Shown: positions 15,469 through 29,825 of the stretch, piece by piece
How positions within the stretch are numbered: position 1 is the stretch's first letter
Layout of the letters: each line of letters begins with the position of its first letter
Source of the DNA: Eledone cirrhosa
Lineage: Eukaryota
Assembly (NCBI GenBank): GCA_964016885.1
Contig: OZ024746.1
Location: 10,602,001-10,666,000, forward strand
DNA length: 64,000 bases
Direction: 5' to 3'
Notes under the pieces: generated by a model
What the model saw: only the letters and a program-made list of their open reading frames with translations
Told to the model about the DNA's origin: nothing
The model's database searches: none
Made by a program: the position numbers and the translations under genes

Positions 15469-15503
15469 CACACACATATATATATATATATACACACATA
15501 TAT

Positions 15504-15536
<33 letters not shown>

Positions 15537-15557
15537 CACACACATATATATATATAC

Positions 15558-15608
<51 letters not shown>

Positions 15609-15615
15609 CACACAC

Positions 15616-15684
<69 letters not shown>

Positions 15685-15707
15685 CACACACATATATATA
15701 TATACAC

Positions 15708-15764
<57 letters not shown>

Positions 15765-15768
<4 letters not shown>

Positions 15769-15823
15769 ATATAAAAAAAGGCTTCTACAGGACTAGAACT
15801 GTTTCATTCGGGAGAAATCATCA
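15765..15823 (-). mobile_element. Family B HHR fragment in (TA)n
   Basis: Reverse complement of tgatgatttctcccgaatgaaacagttctagtcctgtagaagcc. Confidence 0.75.
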
Positions 15824-15921
15824 TATATATACATATATATATATATATATAAGCGTGAACCTAATATAACTGCATATTTTTGCATTACTGTGTCTGTTTT
15901 GTTTTGTCTCATTTATTAATT

Positions 15922-16025
<104 letters not shown>

Positions 16026-16195
16026 GAATAATCGAGTATCGAAAAATCGGCGCACGAGTTCACGATAAACAAAATTCGACATGAGTGGCAGAGGGCTCAA
16101 TAATTCAGATAAATCAGAGCTATAACTATCGTTAAAATACCAACACACATAGATTATGTCTAAAATCAACCATACGACCGAAATATATATATATA

Positions 16196-16294
16196 CAGGT
16201 TGACCCCAAAAATGTATACACACTTTGATTATCTGTACAGCCAATATTTATTGGAATGCTGTTGAAATGTGTATACATTTTTTTGTCACACCCT
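16196..16294. mobile_element. Tc1/mariner-type MITE, about 100 bp
   Basis: Imperfect TIRs caggttgaccccaaaaatgtatacaca / tgtgtatacatttttttgtcacaccct with TA flanks; relative at 50811-50892. Confidence 0.65.
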
Positions 16295-16314
16295 ATATAT
16301 ATATATATATATAT

Positions 16315-16494
16315 GAAAAGGTTCAGGACCCTGACGGCAGAGCTCAAGCCGTTTTGACAGAAATAGCTGTCGAAACGGCTTGAGCTCTGGCGTCGGGTCC
16401 TGAACCTTTTCCTATTACCCAACCTATTACCCAAAGTATCGAGTACTCTGGTGCGTTATGGTCCACCTGGTTCCTTATCACACCACTGCCCTCG

Positions 16495-16497
<3 letters not shown>
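16315..16497 (+). mobile_element. Family A copy 3, fold-back
   Basis: Arms gaaaaggttcaggaccc / gggtcctgaaccttttc; same tail as other copies. Confidence 0.85.
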
Positions 16498-16550
<53 letters not shown>

Positions 16551-17959
16551 AATATCAGAATCTCTATTTCAGACATAACAATATGTAATTCCTTCACTTA
16601 GTGTTTCTCTCTGGAATATATCTAAAGGTATTCCATGTTTAATATTCCATGTTGAACAGTCATCGTACAGTTGAGCTTGAAAGAAGTTGTGTCTCTCAAA
16701 GTTTAAATCAACTAGTTTGAGTTACTTCACTTGATCTTATTTATCAGACATAACAAAACAAAATTTGACAGGAAATGTTTGTCTATGCACTGCTTGTGAA
16801 TGTTTGCTGGGAGTTTCTTCTTGTTTGTTTTCTTTTATTCTTCAATTCTCGCTGACAATTTCTATTCTGGCGGTTGACCTGTACTGTATTTGTTTACTGG
16901 AACTTTTGCTGCATCTGACAGCTTCATTCAATATGTCTGACTTTGCTGTGCCGAGAAAAATTTAGTTTCACAAGTATGTGTAACGGGATGGATCACGTGG
17001 CCACACATACATTCCTCAAGTGTTTTCTACTATATTTTAGTATTGAGCCAAATCTTTACCAGACAAATTAAGTTGATAAAAACTATGCAGAAGCTCATCG
17101 GATGAACTGTCGGTGGGAGAGTTAATCTACTGCTGAGTTTAACACTACTTACTGGGAGTGTACCTCTTTCTAGGTGGGAGAGTTAATCTTGGTCTCTAGA
17201 GGATTTGAATGGTGTAAACTGTGTTGTAAACATTTAAACCAGTTCCCTTTTTTAGGATACCTCGATGTGGTGATGTACAGTTTACTATTATAGCAACCCA
17301 TCGTAGATTATTTCTTCTTATTCCCTCAGATTTTACAGACAAAATACACATTTGTTAGTTCAGTAACGTATGCACTGTTATTGTAACACAGGGAATAAAC
17401 AGATAGAAGGGGAACAAGTTATAACCACAAGACTCCATTGGTAGGTTTACAGTTGTAACATGTTGTTGAGAGGTGACATTGTTTTACACACTGTTTGGAA
17501 CGTTGTAGAGAATCAGTAGTTTTCTATGGCTGAAATAATTTCTGGCTTGTTGTAGATGAGTAATTAGCACGAAAGCTATGAAAACATATGTTCGTAATGA
17601 ACGATTCTATTGTGCACATAACAAATCATTTAGCTAATGTAAATTAGGACTGTTTTACGTTATAATATGATTGTATAACTACAAAATGTAATTGATCTAA
17701 CGGAAAATTAATAAATTGCAATAATATAACAGCTGACATTTCTTTATTGCTTAACATAAACTATATTGCCTTTTGTAATTAGATTGGTTTTTGCGTCTCA
17801 GATTTATTTTATTATTAAATATAAAATATTTCGAATTTAGGTGTCAAGGCTTGCATTTTGTAGGAGATATAATTGACAATCCCTTTAACAGTATTAGACT
17901 GGTATCATTTCATCGACAGTGAAGGAAAGTCAATTTCAACAGGATTTGAGATGACTACC

Positions 17960-18002
<43 letters not shown>

Positions 18003-18005
<3 letters not shown>

Positions 18006-18305
18006 GTTATACTTGGGGAGGGTCATATTTGTGTAATATTGCCAGAATTAATAACAGAACACACTCACTGTTTGGTTGGTTTTCGCTTCTCGCTGTCTTT
18101 TATATCTGCGATCTAACTTAATCGGTCCTCAATGTTGCCATTGACTGACCGACGGTCAAAAATAATACAGATACAATATAGACACAAACACATATATATA
18201 GTTTACATAATTTACATAAATCTTTCGTTGCACATCTGCAACATCGTCAGTGGTGTTATATTTTTTCCTCCTGTTGTGTTGTATGTCTACGCCATTTTTT
18301 ATTCA
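18003..18305 (-). mobile_element. HHR element family F
   Basis: Minus-strand CTGACGA-T-GTTGCA-gatg-TGCAAC-GAAA at 18250-18223; 3' end in (TA)n. Confidence 0.75.
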
Positions 18306-18540
18306 GTCTGTCTATTTATTTATTTATTTGCTTGTTTGTTTATTTTATTTTGTCTTCTTTGCGCATGCGTTTGCGTGTGTGTATAGTGTTACGTTTGCTG
18401 TGTGACTAGTGTGTATAGTGTTGTGTCTGCTGGGTGACTAGTGTGTGTTTATGTGCTTGTTGTTATTGTGCTTGTGTATGTATTTATTTATCTTATTTTA
18501 TTTTATTTTATTTACTTATTTATACTTCTCTTATATATAT

Positions 18541-18738
18541 AGGTAGGTAGAACATTCAGTCCATGGGACGAGTTTGGTAGTAGTAACACAACAGTTAGTT
18601 CACCATACCGGGATTAATTGTTTCACCTTATGCGGATCTTCAGCTAAGACTGGTAATGATTATACGAAACAGGAAGGACTTCCTGATGATTTCTCCCGAA
18701 TGAAACAGTTCTAGTCCTGTAGAAGCCTTTTTCTATAT

Positions 18739-18742
<4 letters not shown>
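18541..18742. mobile_element. Element with two different hammerhead motifs on opposite strands (C minus, B plus)
   Basis: Minus: CTGAAGA-tcc-gcataa-ggt-GAAAC (18643-18620); plus: CTGATGA-tttc-tccc-gaat-GAAACAGTT (18683-18710); (TA)n flanks. Confidence 0.65.
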
Positions 18743-18823
<81 letters not shown>

Positions 18824-18828
18824 GTATA

Positions 18829-18870
<42 letters not shown>

Positions 18871-19457
18871 CCAAAAGTTCTATTTAAATATGGTTTTATA
18901 AATATGGTTATATAAATATGGTTATATAAATATGGTTATATAAATATGGTTATATAAATATGGTTATATAAATATGGTTTTATAAATATAGTTTCCATTT
19001 ATTAATATCGTATATATATATATTTATATATATATATAAACATATATATATATATTAATTCATGGTAGTAGTAAGACACTAAAAAACTGGTGGTTTTACA
19101 GAATACGTGTTTTTTGCAACAATATATATGAAACTGGTAGTTTTTTTAATGCATTACTAATACCATGTATTAAAATATATAAATTACACCTACGAAGTCA
19201 CACTCTTCTATCTATTTATCTATCTATCTATCTATTTATCTATCTCTCTATCTATTTATCTATCTATCTATCTATCTCTCCTCCATTTTCACAATAACTT
19301 ACCCAGTTATTGAACGCTCTGCGCGGTAGATATATTGTCTTTAAAGCGTTGAAACATCCGAGGCCCCCAGTAGACAACTGATGAGGAAGCCCCCCCCCCT
19401 CTCGTTCTTGCTTTCTTCTTATTCTCATTCCATTTTTAAGCCTATATATATATATAT

Positions 19458-19647
19458 AGGAAAAAGTATGACCCCGACGGCAGAGCTCAAGCCGTTTCGA
19501 CGGCTATTTGAGTCCAGAAATAGTCGTCGAAACGGCTTGAGCTCTGCCGTCGGGGTCATACTTTTTCCTATTTCCCACTCTACTACCCTAAGTATTGAGT
19601 ACTCTGGTGCGTTATGGTCCATCTGGTTCCTTACCACAATTCCTTCG

Positions 19648-19650
<3 letters not shown>
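19458..19650 (+). mobile_element. Family A copy 4, fold-back
   Basis: Arms aggaaaaagtatgacccc / ggggtcatactttttcct; same tail. Confidence 0.85.
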
Positions 19651-19686
<36 letters not shown>

Positions 19687-20149
19687 CAAATACTCACACA
19701 TATTTTATTTCTCTCTCTCTCTTGGACTATGTATATATTGGTCTGCAACGTGAAGAGATCTAAAGATATATATATCTGACTAATAGTGTATACATGCATA
19801 AACACGCCTTTAAAATTTCTAATTGCATTCTTTCTTTTCAATTATCTTTCTATCATTTGTATGTGTGTGTATGTGTGTGTATTTGTGTGTATTTGTGTGT
19901 ATATATTTGTGAGCGTGCGCTTGTGTGTGCCTGCGTATGTGTTTGCTTATGTGCACATACGTATGTGTTGATATTTCAAATAACCGTAACGTTCTGAAAT
20001 CCTTTCTTTCTCTTTGTCTTTGTTTTTCTCTTTCTCTTCACTCTCTTCCTTTCTACAACTGAATGATGTAGATTTTCACAGAAAGGATGTAAAAAAAAAA
20101 AGAAAAAAGTCCTTTTCTTTTCGGAAAGTTCTGGATTCTATTTCTGACA

Positions 20150-21100
20150 ATAGTTCCATTATTGTGACTTTTCCTGTGATTTTCTCTTAACTGCCACTCT
20201 TACACACTTAGGCATCACAGCGAACACGATATAGGTCTTCTATTTGGGGTAACATGAAACAGAATCTAATGCTTCTGTATTCTATATCTGCATAAAATAG
20301 GCAAGCAATGGATATTTCCCCGATGTTAAGCTTGTGTACACATATGTAAATGTGTTTACTTAGTGTGTAGCTATGTGTTTATGTATATGTCTATAAGCCT
20401 TTGTATAGTTATCTCATCATACATTTAATTATATAGATAAGAAGATATAGTTACACATAAACACACATATATATGCTTATATACACACACTCACAAATGT
20501 GTGTATGTATGTATGTAAATTTAGGAGTGTGTGAATGAGCTGCTATTTCAGTTAAATTCAGTATGGAATGACTCGATAGGAATCTACACATACATACATG
20601 CATACATACATACATATATGCATACTTATGCACATATATACAAATATACATACATACACACACACACAGACATACACACATACTGATGTACATACATAAT
20701 ACATACATATATACATACATACATTCAGACGTACATATATACAAATATACATACATACATACGTACATACATACATACATGCAAATATACATACACACAC
20801 ACATACATACGTACCTAAATACATCTAAATTGCAATTAAGAAGCCTTATTTCTGGGTTAGAAACTAGCCCTTTCTCTATCGGCGAGATATTAAAAAGTAT
20901 ATATTCAGAAGAACATACATTTATACAGTCATCCATACATCACATCTCATTTAAAAGAATATGTCTTCCCTATTCTGGAACAATTACTAAATACTGGTCA
21001 ACAAACGAGATAAGGATGCCATGAAACCTACATGTTGTAATAGGAAATGTTCGTTCTACCATACAAGTGTCAAAGACATCTATATCAGCAGCCGTTGTGT
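20150..21100 (-). pseudogene. Highly decayed LINE reverse transcriptase split by a CA/TA microsatellite
   Basis: 20331-20284 translates LNIGEISIACLFYADI (YADD-like); ILFNI upstream; boundaries approximate. Confidence 0.45.
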
Positions 21101-21589
21101 AAAGAATTCTCACCCAACAAGATCCATACCGTTTACAACACATACTACCTATCTTTAGATAGTAAGAAACTGTTTGTTTTCACCCTTTAGCATTTACATT
21201 ACTCTGTCAAATGTCATCTATTCACATTGAAGTATTGCTTTCTTAATGTGAGTGCGTGTCTGTGAAACTGTGTTTGACTTTCTAAATTAGTCATTACAAG
21301 AACTTGGTAAATTAGATGTAAGAACATGAGAATTGTTCAGTAGAATAGAAAATTGTAAAATATAGCGACATAGACAGATTATACCTCTTACACAAGGAAG
21401 TTTATCATGGCCCCAATTTGGGCATTTTCCTTGTCTCTTTTAATACCATATTTTTCTATTGGTTTTATCTTTCATGTTTTCCTCAAACACTCAAAACTAT
21501 ATTCACCCATAAAATCATTTATTCATTTTACAGTTTCTTCACATTCAATGATATATTTATCCCCCCACCATCCTATACACACACACACA

Positions 21590-21645
<56 letters not shown>

Positions 21646-22674
21646 TATATAAGTAGTATAACGTATCTATGTGTAATCTAGAGTCAGATGTGGTATACAC
21701 TATAATATTCATCTAATGTAATTGTAAATCTATTTGAAGGAGAAGTATTAGCTCGCTGAAGAATCACTGCTACAGATAAAAGATGCCAAAAATAGTTTTA
21801 GAAACTCCTTGCCAAATTCTCACCAAAGAAATCAAATGGTTAACAATTTTCTGTTTAAAGGTCGTTATTTGTAAGATCTCCAGAAAGGAAGGGACAATCA
21901 CCTTAATGACTCTTCATATAATGTGTGATATAATAGTGATAAAATAGACTTTAGAAAGCTATAAGTATCACAACTTCTATTAAATTCTCTGTTTTTGGTT
22001 CCAAATAATACAGACGGCAATGATTTCTCTTTTAACGAAACCCTGCAGCTTTAGTATTAATGTACAACACCACGTAATCATTGTTTGACAACATTTAATT
22101 TAGACTTGTATGATACATAGAATAAACGATAATGGAAAACGAAAGGATAGAACAAGATAAAGGATGTAAGGAAAGCTATAGAAATATAGTGAACAGAGAA
22201 GAATGATGATCAGGGTTCGAACAGCTTCTGTAACAATAAAGCTGAGGAAATTAACTTGTTAAACTGTACTGTTAGCGATTGGATAAGGGCTAGCTTTGTC
22301 GGGGGATGAAAGGTGGCTTTCTCATTGGATAAGAATTAGTTTTTCTAAACAAAAGAAGAGAGATATCAAGATAGAGACTGACAGTGAAATCGATAGATAC
22401 ATAGTTGGGTGGGTAAAGAGAGTGTGATTGACCGAGTTATTGTTTGCTGGGAAACTATTGGGATAGAGAGAAAGAAGGAGATAATGAAAAAGATAGACAG
22501 AAACACAGTGAAAATCAGGAGGGATATATATATAGGAATTTAACCATTTATATGTCTTCCTACGCACACATATATACAGATATCAATCTCACTTAATATA
22601 TAAACAGAAAGAGTAAGAGAAAGATACAACAACAAAGACAAATAGAGAAAAAGAAATAGGGAGAGGAAGGATAT

Positions 22675-22750
<76 letters not shown>

Positions 22751-22812
22751 TAAATAAAATAACAGAGGTTTTAAAGATACTGAAAAAGAAAATGAAAGTA
22801 TGATGGAAATAG

Positions 22813-22879
<67 letters not shown>

Positions 22880-22937
22880 TAAGAAGTTGACGGACCCACC
22901 ACATCTTTCAATCCTATATATATATATATATATATAT

Positions 22938-23011
22938 AAATGGCTTCTACAGGACTAGAATCCGCGATAAACAATTGTTCTCGATATGGTGAACTAACTG
23001 TTGTGTAACCA

Positions 23012-23014
<3 letters not shown>
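22938..23014. mobile_element. Centrally deleted copy of the dual-HHR B/C element, inverted relative to 18541
   Basis: ggcttctacaggactagaa (B, reverse) fused to aaacaattgttctcgatatggtgaactaactgttgtgtaacc (C). Confidence 0.7.
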
Positions 23015-23063
<49 letters not shown>

Positions 23064-23121
23064 GAATGGCAGTCTTTTTATTGTACTATCATATGTGTGC
23101 ATGAGTGCGTAATTTTATATA

Positions 23122-23830
23122 TACAGGGTTGCTCAGTTCATGAATTTAGTAAAATACGCTTTAAGTCATGAAAGAAAAGCTTTATTTGAGAAAGAATTAG
23201 TATGACTAATATTGAGACTCTTCCTCACGTATCTACTCAATGAATTCGTTGCTAATATCGATAACTACTTCAGTACGAGGTCTGAAAAGTTGACATGCCC
23301 GAATCAGATGATCTTTATCTATTTTGGACACTGTACTAGTTATGGCGGTCTTCAGAGATTTTAGAGTGTTATGGGGGCTTTGACTGACTTCTCTCTCGAA
23401 TATGTCCAACAGATACAGGTCTGGAGAGCTAAGAGGTCATATTTTGGGGTTGACAAGATTGTGGAAAATGTAACTCAACCATTTTTAGGTCATCCTGGCC
23501 TTATTAGACGCCACTGAGTACTGTTGGTAGGTGTACGGTCTTCTTTTGATCATGTTCTCAAGACCTGAAGGCCCTCTCCAACACATCTTTATTGACAACA
23601 ACATTGATCCTTAAGCCCCGAGGAAAGAAGTGAGGAGGCATGGCATCCTTCTTATTGCTTACGACTCCCAGAATCATCACAGTTACCAGAAACTTTTTGA
23701 GTATGACCGTTGGAATGTCTATGTGGTCTTTGACTATATTATTCTGTAGCTTGGCTTTGATCTCACCCTCGGTATGGTTGCTTTCTCATTCTCTGACATC
23801 TTTTCTCATGTACGTCTATACCACTTTTTC
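23122..23830 (-). mobile_element. Decayed Tc1/mariner transposase, DD37D/maT-like
   Basis: VMILGVVSNKKDAMPPHFFPRGLRIN, RPYTYQQYS and *PLSSPDLYLLD with stops; TA-CAGGG terminus. Confidence 0.8.
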
Positions 23831-23859
23831 TGTTGTCATTTTGCATTATTATTATAATT

Positions 23860-23913
<54 letters not shown>

Positions 23914-24699
23914 ATTTTTTTAATGTCCTGTGTAGTAGGTATTGACTGCTGGAAAATCAAAATATAGTCACTTGTCATCAGTTCTATAGACTTCAGAGAA
24001 AAAATACCTTTCTGAGAATATCAGCACTTTCAAGCAATGCCAATTTTTAAAATATAGTATTAGTACTTGTTTTTTCGTGAACTTGTTTGAGGTAGAAACG
24101 AATCTGTTTGAGATGTGAATCTACTTTTCCGAATTTTATTGATATCAAAAGTTTTCTTCATATCCTTAAGAGCGCAAAGTTCTGAGTTCTTATTAAGTTT
24201 CTGAACTTCCCGGTGGGAAATGTTGTCTCAAATAAACAATATCGATTATAAGCACTTATTTGTTTTTTTATTGATAACCAGAATATCAATCTTGTTACAT
24301 CCAATGACGTGATCAAATTGAATGCTAAATCCTCATAAGATTTTGGGATTGTTGATTTTCAGTATGCTGCTTTCAATTCTGGTGTCAGTACTCCCTGACA
24401 AACCAAAACAATACTGGAACACATTTGTACATAGCAGGTTTTAACATTCCTTTGTTTTCTCTACAAAATCGATTAGAATCGCCAAGCTCGTATACGTTTT
24501 TCCCCATTCTGTTTGTATTGAGTGATTGAAATTGGACACCGGGATTGCTTTCGTTTTCTTTACTCAAACCTTTGCCCTATCAATTTAGTGAACATCTGCC
24601 ATAATCTCCTTTATATCTGTGAAATCCTACATAAAATGCCGTATATTTAATTTCATTCCTATCTACTTCATAGACAACCTGACTTGAGTCATCCGATGT

Positions 24700-25640
24700 C
24701 TTGCGGCTGTGATGAAGTGTTGACAAAGATCGAACTTTAAAGTCCTCGTTCGACTATTGCAGCATATTGATCCGTTGCTGTGAGGCATGTGTCCATCTCT
24801 ATGATTGATTCAAGAGGATATACGGCACCTAACTCATTTCTTTGAATACTGAGTTTAGTGGCGAGTGACACTGACCGGCAACGACCAGACGATAGCGCTT
24901 CACAACACCAGACGATAGCACAGATGTGTGCTAAGGAGTTATACAAAGACTTGTTTGTTGGATGAAGTCTCCAGATGTTGTATGTCGAGCATAGCATTCT
25001 GGTGTATGTACTATCGAATCTCTGGCGGCGAACAGAACTGTGTAGAAGGATCGTTTCTCTACAGGCCAGAAAATACCTTTGTTTTTGTTCCTTGTAGACA
25101 CCCAGGTCAGAATCAGTGTAATCACCGAGATACTTGAAATCACTTACGTGTTCGATATCTGAGCCATCTGATACGCGCAGGCGATCAGCGATAGATGGAT
25201 GCAAGTGTATGTACCTCGTCTTTGGTCCATTCGGAAATAGACCAACACCCTGGCATGCCTTTTCAACTCTGATGAGGTGATCCTGTGAAGCTTCGATCGT
25301 ATTTTCGAAAAGTGCGATGTCGTCAGCGTAGTCAAGATCAGATATGATTTTGGCGGGATGACGGTGATTACGACATCGTCTCGGTCTCAGGCCAACGGTT
25401 TTAATGATGTAATGCATAGTCTAGACAGATGATGAATAAGAACGGGGCGAGAGTGTTACGCGAGAGAACGTTTGTGTCAATATTGAAAGCATCACAGTCT
25501 CATCATCTGGGGAGGGATTACTACTGCTGAGGTCTTCTGCTGCCTGATCTGGACCACGTTGACTACATCAGGGACAATGCCGTAAGCTCTGAAAATTTTA
25601 AGCTTTTTCTTGTGTTCGACGGAGTCAAAGACCTGCGCAT
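24700..25640 (-). pseudogene. RTE-clade LINE reverse transcriptase fragment
   Basis: TLAPFLFIICLD, DLDYADDIALF and FKYLG motifs; frameshifted. Confidence 0.85.
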
Positions 25641-25654
25641 TGGTCAACACACTT

Positions 25655-25745
25655 CCTACTGTGTACACAGTAGGAAGTGTGTTGCACTGTACACAGTAGG
25701 AAGTGTGTTGCACTGTACACAGAAGGAAGTGTGTTACACAGTACA
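25655..25745. repeat. 26-bp tandem repeat cactgtacacagtaggaagtgtgttg, about 3 copies
   Basis: Direct repeat. Confidence 0.8.
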
Positions 25746-26523
25746 CGATCGACCGCTGCTCTTTCTCATCCATCCAAGATGATGTTGACGGACAACACAT
25801 CGTATTGAAATGTCAGCTGCCAGGTGATCTTCATTTTGATCATTTTCCGTTTGCCTTCTGGAAGATTCCAAGCGATCGCCATTTTCAAGTGGTGGTGATC
25901 GGGTAGAGGGAGAATGAGGCAGCAAGTTGAAATGAAAACTTTTATCGTATTGTATGTAATTTAATAGAAGCCCGAAGTCTCGAGAACATACCAGCTTCCC
26001 TGTTTAACTTTAACTTGGTGCCACCAGCATCCGATGCATCTCTGCAAATCTATGAAGGCCAAATTATTGAAGAGGAGACGTGTGGCGCAATAAAGGCTTT
26101 GAAAAAAAAAACAAGATTGCTGGGCTGGATGAGATTTCGAGGGGAGACATTATATACTAGACTAATATGTTAGGTTTCTGCTCTCATCCACTCTAAACTC
26201 TCAACACATATAAAGTCACTCACTATAGATAAGCTGACCACATTTACATAACATATCAGATCGTGGACAAACGGCGTCTTTTATTGATAACTGGTCAGTC
26301 AACTAGTTATATCTAATGTGTCTTGTTCTAGTTTGTTCCATTAGCTGCACTATGTCTCACAATTGAAACTGGTCATCGATTAATTGAGAATGGGAGCAAC
26401 GTATTCTGATTGAGTAATTATAAATAGGTTTGTTACACATTATACATAAATATATATACACTTCGTTTTTGTATTTGTTTTGCTAGTTTTCTAATTTGAG
26501 AACGTGTGTTGAAACAGATATCG

Positions 26524-26589
<66 letters not shown>

Positions 26590-26590
<1 letters not shown>

Positions 26591-26782
26591 AGTAAAAAAC
26601 AAAAACAAAAACAATAACAAAGACTGCAGTACGAACAGTGTTAGTATTAGGTTCACGCTTGAGAGTGTGGGGTGGGGGACGACGTTTCGGGCATAAGCCC
26701 TTCATCATGAGAAAGGTGGGAAGGAAAAGAGTTACGACAGGGTGTGAGGGGAGTGGACGAAAGGCATTAAAAAGGGGGAATA
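26590..26782 (-). mobile_element. Family D HHR element
   Basis: Minus (A)TGATGA-A-GGGC-ttat-GCCC-GAAACGTC at 26708-26681; similar to 12320-12493; (TA)n flanks. Confidence 0.7.
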
Positions 26783-26785
26783 TAT

Positions 26786-26887
<102 letters not shown>

Positions 26888-26914
26888 CGAGAGTCTATGG
26901 CCCCGTTAATTTAT

Positions 26915-26969
<55 letters not shown>

Positions 26970-26973
<4 letters not shown>

Positions 26974-27123
26974 TTTCTATTTCTTCATTAATTTCTCATT
27001 CTATTTTCTGAGGAAGGACTAGCGTCCGAAACGTTAAGGCTATTTTCCTACTATATCAAGCGTAAAACTAATAATATATTTCTTCATTGTACTGTGTCGT
27101 TTACTTTATTATCTCTGTTTGCC

Positions 27124-27130
<7 letters not shown>
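26970..27130 (+). mobile_element. Family D2 HHR element
   Basis: CTGAGGA-A-GGAC-tagc-GTCC-GAAACGTT at 27008-27035. Confidence 0.75.
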
Positions 27131-27222
<92 letters not shown>

Positions 27223-27432
27223 GGTTTAATTTTTAAACTGGTTTTCATCTTGTATTAAGTTTTACTTTGTTCATTGCAAATGTTTTAATATATATGTGAA
27301 AAGTATTTTGTATTTTATGTGGTGAACCCCTGTGACAAAAGCAGAAACTACTACTACTACTACTACTACGGCTGCTGGTACTATTACGGCTGCTGCTGCT
27401 ACTGCTGCTGCTGCTACTACTACTACTACTAC

Positions 27433-27490
<58 letters not shown>

Positions 27491-27506
27491 GTTTGTGAAC
27501 GGTTCA

Positions 27507-27619
<113 letters not shown>

Positions 27620-27870
27620 AATAACGACTCTGACGCATCGCTTCAAGTAATATGACGGCGTTTCCGACGCACAAAGCAACAATCCCATTAACAAGATATG
27701 GCGTCCTCGGCATGATATCGCTTAGACATTATCTTCCCATTTAGCAAATACCTTTTTACATCTGGCATAGCTTTTTGGAAGTCAGTTTTGTTTATGCATG
27801 CATATCAAAGCGCAACGATTCAGTCATTTTAGACAGTATAGCTTATCGATATACTGCAACAACATATATA

Positions 27871-28063
27871 TATAATTGTTTCTACTTTTGGCACAAGGCC
27901 AGCAATTATCCAGTACATTACTGGTACTTTAATTTATCGACCCCGTAAGGATGAAAGGCAAAGTTAACCTCGGCGAGATTTGAACTCAAATCATAAAGGG
28001 ACGCAACTCTATGCTTCAAAGCATGGCGTCCGACCCTCTACCGATACTGGCAATCCACCGCCC
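27871..28063 (-). mobile_element. Full-length SINE S1
   Basis: A and B boxes, central domain and tail present. Confidence 0.9.
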
Positions 28064-29579
28064 TTTGGTTAAACCGCTAACTATGATTGCTTTATAACTA
28101 ATGTTAGTTTATGGCTCACATATGACTATGTGTCATTGTATAGAGCTGTAATATATTATTTGCTATGGGGTACTTCATAACCACAGAGTAGAAGTAAGTT
28201 CGGAATTCGAATTCTATTTTGGAATTATAAAGGAACCAATCCTACATTTTTGTATCCTTCTCTTCTCACAGAGAAGAGCGCAGTTAGCCGAATATATATG
28301 GTATAGAACAACCGATTGAAGGGACTATGGTTTATGTTCTCTTCTCAGTATTATGCGTGGCTCAATTTCAAAACATAATACTTCAATGGCTCAATCTATT
28401 TAGCTGTAAACAGGCACCATAGTAAGCAATAAAAACACAAACAAGGAGTACCATGAAAAAAAGAAATGAGGCAAAATGGGTAGATTTTACCGTATGAAAA
28501 CTATACTCATTTTCATTTTCACAAGAGAAAACACATCTCATCCACCACAAAGTGGATGGGAGATCTCTCCGCCGGACGGGGAGCATTGACAGGTCTGCAT
28601 CGAGTATTTTAGTCAGCAGCGTTGAGTTCAAGTCAGACTAGTTGCTAGGAGAAAGCAACGAGAGAATTCTTTTGTACCGTTTCATTTGTATTATAACATG
28701 ACTATTAAATTATTTACAACCATGTCATAATTTAAGCCGTGACCAATCCTTCTTATTTATCTATGAATGCATAAGGTAATATGTCCTTGTTTTTTTAAGA
28801 TGAGAGTGAGTGATTTGAGGGAGGTAACCCATTGACTTTGACAAGATAGATGACATATTCGTTAGTGGTGCCTCAACAACCCAATGGGTTCCAAGAATTA
28901 GATAAGTTTTTCTCAAGAAATTTGTTTGACGCACCAACCGTCAACTATAAACGGTTCAATAATTAGCTATTAACAGTTAAATAACAAACATATAAACAAA
29001 CATGCATAGTTTACGTTACTATCTTCATGAAATCAGTTTTAATCATCGATCTTTATCGTTTATTTTCATCTTTCGATTGTCTGATTGTCTGTGTGTCGTG
29101 ATACGTTTTCAAACTTACCTACAAAGAAGAGAGAAAGTAAAACAAATGTAATATGTTTCAAATGATTGTAATTTTAAAGTAAACATTAGTTTTTTAAATA
29201 AACCCAACGACGAACATTTGTAAAAGAGGGGCATAGTTGATCCTTTATCAAATATGCAAGAGAGGTAGCACACTTTCAGCTTTCATTTATTTCTTTGATG
29301 AAAAATGTCCTCGTTTCCTTCATGTTTCGGTGGTTCAGGAAACTGGTAGAATTGAACTGCAGATACTTCTACAGAAACTCAATGTCTGTTGGATAAACGT
29401 AAGCGAAGAGGGAACTAGATGTCTTTGTTATCCCTGAGGAGTTAGGGCAGGGCTATAATGTCCCGTTTCAGGGGCCTTCAAGACTAGGAAAAGGGAGAGA
29501 GGGTAGGAGGTGTCCTTAAAGTGGAGACACGACCCGAATGTTTGCAACAAAGTAGACTCCGTTAAAGGTAATGAAGAAC

Positions 29580-29825
29580 CAGGTGGTGGCGTTCAAGTAG
29601 GCAACGGCGGGATTTGAACTTAAAACGCAAAGAGACAGAACAAATACCGCAAGGCAATCTATCCGACGTTCTAATGACTCGACCAGTTCCTGATATTATA
29701 GTTGAATTTCGAAAAGATAAAAGGCGAAGTTAACCACGACGAGATTTGAATTCAGAATGTAAAGTGTGAGAATAATTATCACATGGTACTTTGACACGAA
29801 CGCTTTTATCAACCTGCCACCTATT
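29580..29825 (-). mobile_element. Two old diverged S1-related SINE heads
   Basis: ggcgggatttgaact and gagatttgaattcagaatgtaaag B-box regions. Confidence 0.6.

Noticed and set aside
29340-29404. Possible 60-nt host exon (cag|...|gtaag)
   Set aside because: No recognisable protein similarity or partner exons; such signals arise by chance.
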